Origin: Phormidesmis sp.
GTDB lineage: Bacteria > Cyanobacteriota > Cyanobacteriia > Leptolyngbyales > Leptolyngbyaceae
NCBI GenBank assembly: GCA_965248535.1
Contig: CBDFJR010000002.1
Location: forward strand, 1-64,000
DNA: 64,000 nt
Direction: 5' to 3'
A model generated the notes under the pieces. The model was not told the DNA's origin. It saw only the letters and a list, made by a program, of their open reading frames with translations, and made no database searches. Positions 54,867 to 64,000 of the stretch are shown one piece after another (the stretch's first letter is position 1; every line of letters begins with the position of its first letter). A program made the translations under genes and the position numbers.

Positions 54867-55548
54867 ATGGCAACCATTTCTGCACAGCCCTATGACTACG
54901 AATTGCCTGAGACGAGCAACGTGGCGCTGATTGTGATCGATATGCAGCGCGACTTTATGGAGCCAGGCGGATTTGGCGACCTGTTGGGCAACGATGTCAG
55001 CCTTTTGCAAGCGATCGTGCCGACTCTAAAACGGCTGCTAGCGGGCTGTCGATCGCGGCATCTGCCGATTTTTCACACGACGGAGGGGCATCAATCCGAT
55101 TTATCCGATTGTCCCGACTCAAAGCGCAAACGGGGCAAAGGGGAATTGACGATCGGCGATGCCGGGCCGATGGGTCGCATTCTCGTCTTGGGCGAACCAG
55201 GTAACGGCATCATTCCAGAATTGGCTCCACTTCCGGGTGAAATCGTGATTGCCAAACCGGGCAAAGGTGCGTTTTATCACACCAACCTAGAGCCGTTGTT
55301 AAAAGAACGCAACGTCACCCATCTGCTGATCACAGGCGTGACAACTGAAGTCTGTGTGCAAACGACGATGCGAGAAGCCAACGATCGAGGTTATGAATGC
55401 TTGCTCATCGAAGATGCCACCGAAAGTTATTTTCCAGACTTTCAAGCAAGCGACCCTAGAAATGGTGCGGGCCCAAGGCGGCATCATCGGCTGGACTGCC
55501 AGCACCGATCAAGTCCTTCAAGGACTGCAAACCTGGAAATCTCCATAA
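54867..55548 (+). CDS. Isochorismatase-like cysteine hydrolase, triuret hydrolase (TrtA)-like (apparent 1-nt insertion in TTT 55440-55442)
   Basis: [31 protein letters not shown] and SYFPDF. Removing one T continues as [17 protein letters not shown]. Confidence 0.8.
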
Positions 55549-55566
55549 GCCCATAAAAAATCTACA

Positions 55567-55591
55567 GTACGGGCATGGCACCGCCGTGCCC
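55567..55591. repeat. REP-like short palindrome, copy 2
   Basis: GTAC-GGGCATGGC-ACC-GCCGTGCCC between convergent genes; matches 9112-9136. Confidence 0.7.
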
Positions 55592-55632
55592 AAGGCCCAT
55601 GCAGCCAACCGATCCGCTTTGATAAACCCATC

Positions 55633-57603
55633 TTAACCAGACACCCGACTCGTCTCAGAGACAGCCGCCTCTATCGTATGAGACTCTTCGGCCCGTTTCA
55701 GCGCTTCGAGCGCCACAATCTCATCTTGATAAACCGGGAGATCAAGCCAAAACGTAGTTCCGACCCCAACCTCGCTCACCAGACAGACGCGACTGCGGTG
55801 ACGCTGCACAATATTACGCACGATCGACAGCCCCAGACCCGTTCCTTCCAGCGTGTGAACCCGATTTTCGACTCTAAAAAATCGCTCAAAGATGGCGTTT
55901 TGATCTTCCTGATCAATGCCAATTCCTGTGTCAGCGATCTCAACACGAACCATTTCAGGCCCATGAAGAGAGGCTCGAATCATCACCTTGCCGCCCGCCT
56001 CGGTAAACTTTAGGGCATTGCCCACCAAATTAGCAAACACCTGCAACAGCAAGTCATAGTGCCCCATCACAGGCGGCAAATCGGTTCCAACTTCTTGCAG
56101 TAGCTCAATGCCTTTGTCTTTGGCGTTGAGTCGATAAGTGCGAAGAATTTGCTCGATCGGTTGCGCCAGATCGACAGCTTCTAAGTGATAAATCTTGCAC
56201 GACTCTAGACGAGACAGATCCAGCACATCATTCACTAGGCGAGTCAAGCGATCGGTTTCTCGATTGGCCGTTTCTAAAAACTCTTGCCGCTCTGTCTCTG
56301 TCAGATCATCGCCATATTCATACAGCGTTTCGATAAACGATTTGATGTTAAACAGCGGTGTTCTCAACTCGTGAGACACATTGCTGATGAACTGGCTTTT
56401 GGCTTCGTTTAGCTCGGCTTCACGGGTGACATCTTGCACCGTCACCGCCACCCCTTTGACATTTTCTTTATAGGAATCTAAAACGGTGTTGAGCAAAATT
56501 CTCAGGGTGCGGTTGACTGGCTCCGTGAGCGTGATCCGAAACTCGACTTCCTCGCGCAGTTCACCTCTGGCTACCTGATAGAGCGGGCGCGTCAACTCAA
56601 CCTGCACAGGCACCGGAAAACAGTAAAGCGCGTTGGTGCCTTCGATGGGTTTGCCCTCCCAGCCAAAGATGCGGCGGGCGGTCGGGTTCACCAACACGAC
56701 TTGCAGATTGGTGTCGAGCAAAACGGCCCCATCGGCGATCGTGGAAACCAAGGTCTCCAGTTTTGCCTTTTCTGCCGTCAGTTCTTCAATGTTTTGTTCT
56801 TCATAGCGCTCTAGTTTTTCTGCCATCTCGTTAAAGCTGGCAATCAACTCGCTCAACTCAACGCCGCCCCCTACGGGCAGATCGACTCGCTGCTGAAAGT
56901 TGCCCTTGGCGATATTTTTAACGCCTACCACCAGTTCTTTAATCGGTTTAGTAATTTGCAGCGCATTGAACACGGCACCCAAAATCACCATCACCCAAAT
57001 CGAGACAAACACCGCCACCGTCACATCTCGCGTCAGGTGAGACGACGCTGCCACCGTCGGATTGGGATTAGTGCCGATCGCCAACACCCCCAAATATTTG
57101 CCTTCATAAACCAGGGGCACAAACACGTCGGTGACTTCACCATCGGGCGTTAAGTGCTGGCGCACCATGGGCAGGTCTGAAGTTTCAGCAAAATTTTCGG
57201 GTAGCTGAATGCGGCGGCGAATCGTCAGCGAGTTTTGCACCTCAGAATCGGAGAAAGGAATTCCAAAAAAGATCTCGCCATTGGCATCGGCATAGAGCAT
57301 ATAGCGCACGCTAGACGTGCTGCCATAAAAGCGATGGGAAAAGCGCGCTAGCTCAGTGCGATCGTCATCTCCGACAAGGTGAGCCACATTGGCCGCCAGC
57401 AGCAGCCCCAAATCGCTGCCAAACCGGGTATCGTTAACGCGAGCATCTTGCTGAATGGTGTTGACTGCCCAAAACGTCAGCCCACTCATAATCAGCGACA
57501 CAACCAAGGTGGCCGCCGCCATCAGCTTAGTCTGAAGCGTAAACTCCGACCACCAGCGCACCAAAACTTCTCGAATCGGGTTGAAGAAGGAAAACAAGAG
57601 CAA
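55633..57603 (-). CDS. nblS: Sensor histidine kinase NblS/Hik33/DspA
   Basis: WWSEFTLQTKLMAAATLVVS N-terminus, HAMP, PAS, SHELRTPLFNIK and RVHTLEGTGLGL; downstream of purD. Confidence 0.95.
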   Translation of the reverse strand: MLLFSFFNPIREVLVRWWSEFTLQTKLMAAATLVVSLIMSGLTFWAVNTIQQDARVNDTRFGSDLGLLLAANVAHLVGDDDRTELARFSHRFYGSTSSVRYMLYADANGEIFFGIPFSDSEVQNSLTIRRRIQLPENFAETSDLPMVRQHLTPDGEVTDVFVPLVYEGKYLGVLAIGTNPNPTVAASSHLTRDVTVAVFVSIWVMVILGAVFNALQITKPIKELVVGVKNIAKGNFQQRVDLPVGGGVELSELIASFNEMAEKLERYEEQNIEELTAEKAKLETLVSTIADGAVLLDTNLQVVLVNPTARRIFGWEGKPIEGTNALYCFPVPVQVELTRPLYQVARGELREEVEFRITLTEPVNRTLRILLNTVLDSYKENVKGVAVTVQDVTREAELNEAKSQFISNVSHELRTPLFNIKSFIETLYEYGDDLTETERQEFLETANRETDRLTRLVNDVLDLSRLESCKIYHLEAVDLAQPIEQILRTYRLNAKDKGIELLQEVGTDLPPVMGHYDLLLQVFANLVGNALKFTEAGGKVMIRASLHGPEMVRVEIADTGIGIDQEDQNAIFERFFRVENRVHTLEGTGLGLSIVRNIVQRHRSRVCLVSEVGVGTTFWLDLPVYQDEIVALEALKRAEESHTIEAAVSETSRVSG

Positions 57604-57669
57604 GACCAGTGGTGAGGGACTATGGGCTGAAACGGTTCCTTGTGACGACTTCCTGATCCTAACTATAAA

Positions 57670-58962
57670 TCAATTTTGCGGGGCGCTCACTGTTCTGACG
57701 CGGTAGCCAATGTCTCGACGATAGGACATGCCCTCAAAGTGAATCTGCCCGATCGCGGCATAGGCTTGAGCGATCGCTGGCTCTAGGTCTTCACCCACGG
57801 CCGTCACCCCCAGCACTCGCCCGCCATCGCTGACTAACACTTTTTGTTTACGCTGCGTTCCGGCATGAAAGACGATTGCTCCGGTGGTCTCAGCTTGCTC
57901 GATGCCCGTGATGGGTGCCCCTTTTTTAAAGCTGCCCGGATAGCCCTCTGAAGCCACCACTACACAGGCCGCAGCCCCCGGCTTCCATTCCAAGGGTGGA
58001 AACTGCTCTAGCTTCTTTTGAGCACAGGCAAACAGCAGTTTTTCGAGGGGCGTATTCAGCAAAGGCAAAATGGCTTGGGCTTCGGGGTCACCAAAGCGAC
58101 AGTTAAACTCAATCACTTTGGGGTCGCCGTTTGGCGTGATCATCAACCCGGCATAGAGAATGCCGCGATAGTCGATCTTGCGATCGCGCAATGCAGCGAT
58201 CGTGGGTTCTAAAATCTCCGCCTGAATGCGGCTCATCAACGCCGGGGTGACGATCGGAGCCGGGGCATAAGCGCCCATGCCGCCCGTGTTTTCGCCCGTG
58301 TCGCCCTCGCCGATGCGCTTGTGATCTTGAGCAGGCAGCAAAGGGCGAATCGTCAACCCGTCGGTGACAGCCAAAATTGACACTTCTTGCCCAGTCAGAC
58401 ACTCTTCGATCACGATCTGAGACCCAGCCGCGCCAAACTGCCCGTCAAAGCAAAGGTCGATCGCGGTTTCGGCCGCTTCTAGGGTTGGTGCTACGGTTAC
58501 CCCTTTTCCAGCCGCGAGTCCATCGGCTTTGATGACGATCGGGGCCCCTTGCTGGCGCACATAGTTCTTTGCAGCCTCCGCCGTCGTAAACACCTCTGCG
58601 GTTGCCGTCGGCACTCCAGCCTCGTGCATCAGCGCCTTGGCCCAAGCCTTGCTGGACTCAATTTGAGCACCCTCACGGGTCGGCCCAAACACGGCCAGGC
58701 TCTGCTGAGTCAAGAAATCGGTGATCCCCTGAGACAAAGGCACTTCAGATCCCACGACCACCAGAGAAATGTTGTGCACTAGCGAAAACCGAGCGATGCC
58801 CTCGAAATCGTCAGGCGACAGCGCCAAATTGCTACAGCGCTCTAGCATAGCGGTGCCTCCATTTCCTGGAACGCACACCACTTGCTGAACTTGTGGCGAC
58901 TGCAATAACGTCCAAGCCAGGGCATGTTCACGACCCCCATTGCCGACAATCAAAACCCTCAC
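57670..58962 (-). CDS. purD: Phosphoribosylamine-glycine ligase
   Basis: GNGGREHAL, KADGLAAGKGV, QDHKR, NTGGMG and EFNCRFGDPE motifs. Confidence 0.98.
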   Translation of the reverse strand: MRVLIVGNGGREHALAWTLLQSPQVQQVVCVPGNGGTAMLERCSNLALSPDDFEGIARFSLVHNISLVVVGSEVPLSQGITDFLTQQSLAVFGPTREGAQIESSKAWAKALMHEAGVPTATAEVFTTAEAAKNYVRQQGAPIVIKADGLAAGKGVTVAPTLEAAETAIDLCFDGQFGAAGSQIVIEECLTGQEVSILAVTDGLTIRPLLPAQDHKRIGEGDTGENTGGMGAYAPAPIVTPALMSRIQAEILEPTIAALRDRKIDYRGILYAGLMITPNGDPKVIEFNCRFGDPEAQAILPLLNTPLEKLLFACAQKKLEQFPPLEWKPGAAACVVVASEGYPGSFKKGAPITGIEQAETTGAIVFHAGTQRKQKVLVSDGGRVLGVTAVGEDLEPAIAQAYAAIGQIHFEGMSYRRDIGYRVRTVSAPQN

Positions 58963-59249
58963 GTTGCCCTCGCTCAGAAATTAGTAGTTAGCATTTGACA
59001 GTGCATTCACCGTTAATTCAAACATCAATCGTTTTTCCTTAATCGGTGTGTCTCATTCGGCAGGCTTAACCGCTTGCCGATAAAATTTTAATGATCTGGC
59101 AAATGGCATCCCATTATGTCATGGGAGGGCGAAGTTTTGGGAAGCTCTCAGGGATTAGAGATTCATTGAGAGCCTGAAACCTTCTAGCCTTGAGTCAGTC
59201 ACCCAAGTATTAGAGAGAGATCGCTAACCTTTATTCCTATCGATAACCG

Positions 59250-60563
59250 TTGCTCATGATGACCGCCAACTTTCTTCGACAGCCCTGGGTCAGCACGATC
59301 GTGCTAGTGTGTTTGGCCGGGTCGCCTCCCGGACAGGCTGCAACGTCACCCCCTTCGCTAGGGCCTCAACCGACTTCTGTCGGGCAGCCCGCGCCTCAAA
59401 AGCCTGCACCTCAAAAGCCTGCACCTCAACCGGATAAGTTTCCGCCTAGCCCCTTAGAGTTGATAGCCCCCGATCCTCTGTTGCCCGGAGGGTTAGAGCG
59501 ACCTTTGAGTGAGTCGGAGCGTCAAAAGCTGGGCATGGCTTTAGATGACCTGAATGCTCAAGCGATCGCTCAGTATCGATCGGGCAATAGTCTCAACGCC
59601 TTCGAGATCTGGAATCGAGAATTGCGCTTGCGTCGAGCTTTGGGGTTATTAAATGAAGTCACCGCTTTGGGCAGGGTGGGAGATAGCGCCTGGAAGCAAA
59701 ACCAGCCCAATCAAGTGATTGTGATCACGAGACGGCTGCAAGCGATTCAAAAGCAGGTGCAGTCGCCAGTCAGCGCCAAGATCAATCTAGCAGAGCGTCC
59801 TCAAATCTTGTCAGCGTTGGGAACGGCTTATCAACTCGTGCGATCGCCGGGCTTGGCCGTCAGCGTCTATGACCAAATGTTGGCCGAAGCCCGGCAGCGC
59901 AAAGATGCGGTCGAAGAAGTCAGCTTGCTGAACACGATCGGGCAACTGCATCTAAGTTGGTTTGACTACCCCCAAGCAACAGCCACTTATCAGCAATTGC
60001 TCACGCTCTCGCAAGGGAAGCGCGATCGAGCCGGAGAAGCCTTCTATCTGACTCAGTTGGCCTATGTCCACGAACAAGCTAAACAGCCAACTCAAGCCGT
60101 GCAATATCAGCAGCAGCTTGCTGATCTCTATCAAAAAACTCCGCAGCCGGAGTTGCTCCCCGCTCTCAAAATCAAAATCGCTGATAACTATGCAGCTAGT
60201 GGTCAGGTCAATTTAGCCGAACAAGCCTATCAAGAAGCCTTTAAACTGGCACAGCCCGTATTTCAACTGGCCTATGCGGGGGATGCTCTGCGAAAATTAG
60301 GGGCGCTGTATCGCTCCAACGATCGCTTAGATGCCGCTTTGCAGGTTTATGACTATCTGGCAGGAGTGCAGCAGCAGGCCTATGACACCTATGGGTTGAT
60401 GGATGTCTATGATCAAATCGGACAGATTCATCTAGCCCGCAAAGCTTATCCTCAAGCGCTGACTGCGTTTAATCAAGGGTTATTGTTGGCCAAGCAACTC
60501 AACTATCGCACTGATTATTTCACCAGCCAGATTCAGCAAGTGGCGAAAAAAACGGGGCGTTAA
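59250..60563 (+). CDS. TPR-repeat protein with N-terminal signal and Pro-rich linker
   Basis: Repeated TPR-like helices; PAPQK-like unit three times at 59388-59432. Confidence 0.8.
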   Translation: MLMMTANFLRQPWVSTIVLVCLAGSPPGQAATSPPSLGPQPTSVGQPAPQKPAPQKPAPQPDKFPPSPLELIAPDPLLPGGLERPLSESERQKLGMALDDLNAQAIAQYRSGNSLNAFEIWNRELRLRRALGLLNEVTALGRVGDSAWKQNQPNQVIVITRRLQAIQKQVQSPVSAKINLAERPQILSALGTAYQLVRSPGLAVSVYDQMLAEARQRKDAVEEVSLLNTIGQLHLSWFDYPQATATYQQLLTLSQGKRDRAGEAFYLTQLAYVHEQAKQPTQAVQYQQQLADLYQKTPQPELLPALKIKIADNYAASGQVNLAEQAYQEAFKLAQPVFQLAYAGDALRKLGALYRSNDRLDAALQVYDYLAGVQQQAYDTYGLMDVYDQIGQIHLARKAYPQALTAFNQGLLLAKQLNYRTDYFTSQIQQVAKKTGR

Positions 60564-60579
60564 TCAATGGGGACGATCG

Positions 60580-61095
60580 CTAATCGGCTTGAATCTCTAA
60601 ATTCAGCACATAGGAGCCTAGTTGCAGCTTGTCTGACCAGAGTTCATAGTCTAAATGCAATCGCTCAGGCAGGGTCTTGCCGTCGAGGGTGAGCTGGCGC
60701 GTAAAATTGCGAAGCTGGAGGCGGCTGCCCTGCCCTGACTGACTGCCTTGCAGCCAATAGCGACTGATGCCATAAACGCCGCGCTCCCAGAGATGCCGAT
60801 AACTCAGCTTGCCATCGCCCTGCATGGTCATGGTGATGCGATAGGGTGACATTTCTAACCACAGCAAGCGCGGAGTAGGTAGCCGATCGGGTGGGGTTGA
60901 CCCCTGATCACTCTGTTCTTGGCTGATCGCAACTTTAGGCTCGGTCAACAGCAGATGGAACCGTTCGTGATCTCGCTGATAAATCGTGGCGATCGTCTGC
61001 ACGCCAGACCAAACAGGCAAATCTGTAGAGACGATCGAGAGCGAGACAGGTCTACGATGGTGGGTCAGCATGGAATGGTAGGATAGCTTACGCAT
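60580..61095 (-). CDS. Hypothetical protein
   Basis: 171-aa ORF filling the gap, divergent from aroA; may start at the internal MLTHHRRP. Confidence 0.7.
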   Translation of the reverse strand: MRKLSYHSMLTHHRRPVSLSIVSTDLPVWSGVQTIATIYQRDHERFHLLLTEPKVAISQEQSDQGSTPPDRLPTPRLLWLEMSPYRITMTMQGDGKLSYRHLWERGVYGISRYWLQGSQSGQGSRLQLRNFTRQLTLDGKTLPERLHLDYELWSDKLQLGSYVLNLEIQAD

Positions 61096-61120
61096 TGCGA
61101 TGTCAGTCTAGCCGATCCCC

Positions 61121-62470
61121 ATGCCAACTCCTCCTTCGATCGCTCTAAACATTATTGACCACCACCAGCATGAATTAGTCATCCAGGGCGGTGAGCAAGC
61201 CCTGCACGGGCGAATTCGGGTGCCGGGAGACAAATCGATTTCTCATCGATCGCTGATGTTAGGTGCTCTGGCTGAGGGCGAAACGGTGATTCATGGGCTG
61301 TTGCTCGGTGAAGATCCGCGCAGCACGGCAGAGTGTTTTCGGGCAATGGGGGCGACGATTTCAGACCTGAATGCAGAGTCCGTGACTGTGAAGGGCATCG
61401 GGTTGGGCAATCTGCGAGAGCCTGAAGACGTGCTCAACACGGGCAACTCTGGGACGACGACGCGCTTAATGTTGGGGATTTTAGCGTCACATCCGGGCAA
61501 GTTTTTTACGGTGACGGGCGATCGCTCGATTCGGTCTCGTCCGATGTCTCGTGTGGTTAAACCGTTGCAGCAGATGGGTGCCCAGATTTGGGGACGCAAC
61601 ACAAATTCCCTCGCGCCTTTAGCGATTCAAGGACAGGCTTTAAAGCCGATTCACTATCAGTCTCCGATCGCCTCTGCCCAAGTCAAATCCTGCATTCTCC
61701 TGGCCGGACTGATGACCGAGGGGCAGACCACCGTGACGGAACCCGCTCTCTCAAGGGATCACAGCGAACGAATGCTGAGGGCGTTTGGGGCAGAGTTGAG
61801 CATCGATCCCGAAGCCCACAGCGTCACGATTACAGGGCAAGCCCGGCTCAAAGGACAAACCGTGATCGTGCCGGGAGACATCAGTTCGGCGGCGTTTTGG
61901 CTGGTGGCTGGGGCGATCGTGCCCGGTTCTGATTTGACGATCGAGAATGTTGGCGTGAATCCGACCCGCACCGGAATCTTGGAAGCTTTGGCCCAAATGG
62001 GCGCAGACATCACCCGCGAAAATCAGCGCCAAGTCGCCGGGGAGCCTGTGGCCGATCTGCGCGTGCGTCACAGTCAACTCAAAGCCTGCACGATCGCCGG
62101 AGAGTTGATTCCTCGCTTAATTGACGAAATTCCGATTTTGGCCGTCGCCGCCACCTTTGCAACCGGAACCACGGTGATTCGAGATGCTGAAGAGTTGCGG
62201 GTTAAAGAGAGCGATCGCATCACCATCACTGCCACTCAACTCAACCTCATGGGAGCCAGCATCACCGAGCTACCTGACGGCATGGAAATTGTCGGCGGCA
62301 AGTCACTCATGGGGGCCGAAGTTGATAGCCACACTGACCACCGCATCGCCATGAGTTTAGCGATCGCGGCCCTCAACGCCACCGGAGTCACGACCATTCA
62401 TCGAGCAGAAGCCGCCGCCATTTCCTATCCTGATTTCATCGCTACACTACAGCAAGTGATTGGCAGATAA
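61121..62470 (+). CDS. aroA: EPSP synthase
   Basis: [28 protein letters not shown] and DHRIAM motifs. Confidence 0.98.
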   Translation: MPTPPSIALNIIDHHQHELVIQGGEQALHGRIRVPGDKSISHRSLMLGALAEGETVIHGLLLGEDPRSTAECFRAMGATISDLNAESVTVKGIGLGNLREPEDVLNTGNSGTTTRLMLGILASHPGKFFTVTGDRSIRSRPMSRVVKPLQQMGAQIWGRNTNSLAPLAIQGQALKPIHYQSPIASAQVKSCILLAGLMTEGQTTVTEPALSRDHSERMLRAFGAELSIDPEAHSVTITGQARLKGQTVIVPGDISSAAFWLVAGAIVPGSDLTIENVGVNPTRTGILEALAQMGADITRENQRQVAGEPVADLRVRHSQLKACTIAGELIPRLIDEIPILAVAATFATGTTVIRDAEELRVKESDRITITATQLNLMGASITELPDGMEIVGGKSLMGAEVDSHTDHRIAMSLAIAALNATGVTTIHRAEAAAISYPDFIATLQQVIGR

Positions 62471-62481
62471 AATCTTGATCG

Positions 62482-62883
62482 CTAACCCATCAAGATTACA
62501 GTGTCGATTACATGAATGACTCCGTTATCTGCTTCGATATCAGGAGCAATCACCGTAGCGTTCTTGACCTCAAAACCATCTGTGAAATTTAGCTGAATGG
62601 GCGACCCTTCGATCGACGTGACAACAGCCAGCTTTTCTAAATCGGCTTTTGTATACTTTCCGGCTACAACGTGAAAGGTCAAAATTCGCGCTAGTTGCGG
62701 AATGTTTTGCACCAGAGTTTGAATCGTGCCGGGAGGCAGTTTAGCAAAGGCATCATCCGTCGGTGCAAACACCGTGAACGGGCCCGGACTCTTGAGCACA
62801 TCTACTAGATTGGCTGCTTTAACAGCAGTCACCAACGTGTTAAATGAGCCTGCGCTAACGGCAATGTCAACGATGTCAGCCAT
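62482..62883 (-). CDS. Fasciclin (FAS1) domain protein
   Basis: [13 protein letters not shown] and [10 protein letters not shown] motifs. Confidence 0.95.
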   Translation of the reverse strand: MADIVDIAVSAGSFNTLVTAVKAANLVDVLKSPGPFTVFAPTDDAFAKLPPGTIQTLVQNIPQLARILTFHVVAGKYTKADLEKLAVVTSIEGSPIQLNFTDGFEVKNATVIAPDIEADNGVIHVIDTVILMG

Positions 62884-62935
62884 AGTAAATATAAAGTTGA
62901 GAATCTACAAAAGAAATGAGCCTGCGATCACAGTT

Positions 62936-63105
62936 GAAAAACCGAGAACTCTACTGTCAGAATGGGGATTGATCAGAAAAGCGCTGCACGTCAGAGGCGA
63001 AGGGGCAAGGCTACGATCGCGGCCAGTCAGAAACCCGCAATTGGGCAATGGCTCCAACAAAACTTTGAATCGTGCAGCACTGATTGGAAGGGAGCTTATG
63101 CTCTT
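62936..63105. ncRNA. Candidate rod-like structured RNA next to the LysR promoter
   Basis: Nested inverted repeats ATCAG/CTGAT, GCTGCACG/CGTGCAGC and TCAGAG/CTTTGA; strand unresolved. Confidence 0.4.
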
Positions 63106-63162
63106 ATGGATTATCATATCTACAAAATCCATAGTAAAAAGTCATTGTTATCGATAGTCGCA

Positions 63163-63178
63163 ATAGATTTTTTTCTAT
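63163..63178. promoter_or_regulatory. NdhR/CcmR-type operator ATAG-N8-CTAT
   Basis: ATAG-ATTTTTTT-CTAT about 30 nt upstream of the LysR start, consistent with autoregulation. Confidence 0.7.
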
Positions 63179-63209
63179 AAGCAGATGCCCCCTCTAGGAG
63201 ATCTTCGCC

Positions 63210-64000
63210 TTGCAGAATGCCACCCTCCATCAACTTAAAGTCTTTGAAGCAGTTGCTCGTCACAGCAGTTTTACCCGTGCTGCCGAAGAACTGTTTCTCA
63301 CTCAGCCAACGGTCTCAATGCAGGTCAAACAGTTGTCAAAAACGGTGGGGTTGCCCCTGTTTGAGCAAGTCGGCAAACGCCTCTATTTAACCCCGGCTGG
63401 CAAAGAACTTTATGCCACCTGTCGAGATTTATTCGATCGCATTTCTCAGTTTGAGATCGCGATCGCTGACCTTAAAGGACTCAAGCAAGGCTGCTTGCGA
63501 ATCGCTGTGGTCACGACGGCAAAATATGTGATTCCTCGCATTCTGGGGCCGTTTTGTCAGCGATATCCCGGCATTGACATTTCGCTGACGGTGACCAATC
63601 ACCAATATGTGTTAGATAGTCTCAACGACAACCGCGACGATCTCTATATTCTCAGCCAGTTGCCCGAAGACTCTGACGCGACGGCCCATCCCTTTATGGA
63701 AAACCCGCTGGTTATGTTGGCCCCGCGCAATCACCCCCTAGCTCACGAGAAAAATATCCCCTTAAAGCGGATTGCTGAAGAACCGTTCATCATGCGAGAG
63801 CCGGGTTCAGGGACGCGTAAAGCAGTCAAGCAATTGTTTGACTCTCAGGGGCTGCCGATGAAAGTCAAGCTCGATTTAGGCAGCAACGAAGCGATCAAAC
63901 AAGCGATCGCAGGCGGGTTAGGGCTTTCGGTGCTCTCTAAACACACGCTGGCCCTCGAAGGACTCAACAACCAATTAGTGATCTTAGATGTCGAAGGCTT
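63210..64000 (+). CDS. LysR regulator of the CbbR subfamily, NdhR/CcmR-like (runs off the window end)
   Basis: Not in the ORF track. TTG 63210 after AGGAG reads MQNATLHQLKVFEAVARHSSFTRAAEELFLTQPTVS...TTAKY...MREPGSGTR...GSNEAIKQAIAGG. Confidence 0.92.
   Translation, partial: MQNATLHQLKVFEAVARHSSFTRAAEELFLTQPTVSMQVKQLSKTVGLPLFEQVGKRLYLTPAGKELYATCRDLFDRISQFEIAIADLKGLKQGCLRIAVVTTAKYVIPRILGPFCQRYPGIDISLTVTNHQYVLDSLNDNRDDLYILSQLPEDSDATAHPFMENPLVMLAPRNHPLAHEKNIPLKRIAEEPFIMREPGSGTRKAVKQLFDSQGLPMKVKLDLGSNEAIKQAIAGGLGLSVLSKHTLALEGLNNQLVILDVEG

Noticed and set aside
59388..59432. 15-nt tandem repeat in the TPR gene
   Set aside because: It is an ordinary in-frame Pro-rich linker (PAPQK-like).
62905..63180. 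72-75 aa ORFs upstream of the LysR gene
   Set aside because: No motifs, and they run across the operator and promoter; RNA structure explains the region better.

Overview
Chromosomal window from a cyanobacterium, judged from very dense HIP1 octamers (GCGATCGC), psaK, ycf54, nblS/hik33 and CIRCE plus K-box upstream of groESL; the species cannot be determined from the sequence. Most of it is housekeeping genes: hemE, secA, accA, folE, trpF, groESL, recQ, pdxJ, crtE, folD, recG, xfp/ackA, galE, folB, nblS, purD, aroA and a 3'-truncated NdhR/CcmR-like LysR regulator. No rRNA, tRNA, CRISPR array or intact transposase was seen. Five genes, including hemE, carry single-base indels in short homopolymers, which points to assembly error rather than true pseudogenes. 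The best leads are: (1) an AT-rich, HIP1-free gene after groEL encoding a HEPN-like RNase with a Cys-rich tail, a possible stand-alone defence gene; (2) an ABC importer plus triuret-hydrolase-like operon behind an exactly spaced NtcA-type promoter, with no binding-protein or downstream catabolic gene beside it; (3) two unannotated structured-RNA candidates, one behind a near-consensus sigma70 promoter ahead of an orphan MSMEG_0565/MSMEG_0570 pair and one next to the ndhR-like promoter; (4) a HetZ-related gene with a palindromic GGGTAA element upstream. All family calls come from reading motifs and remembered homologues, not from database searches.
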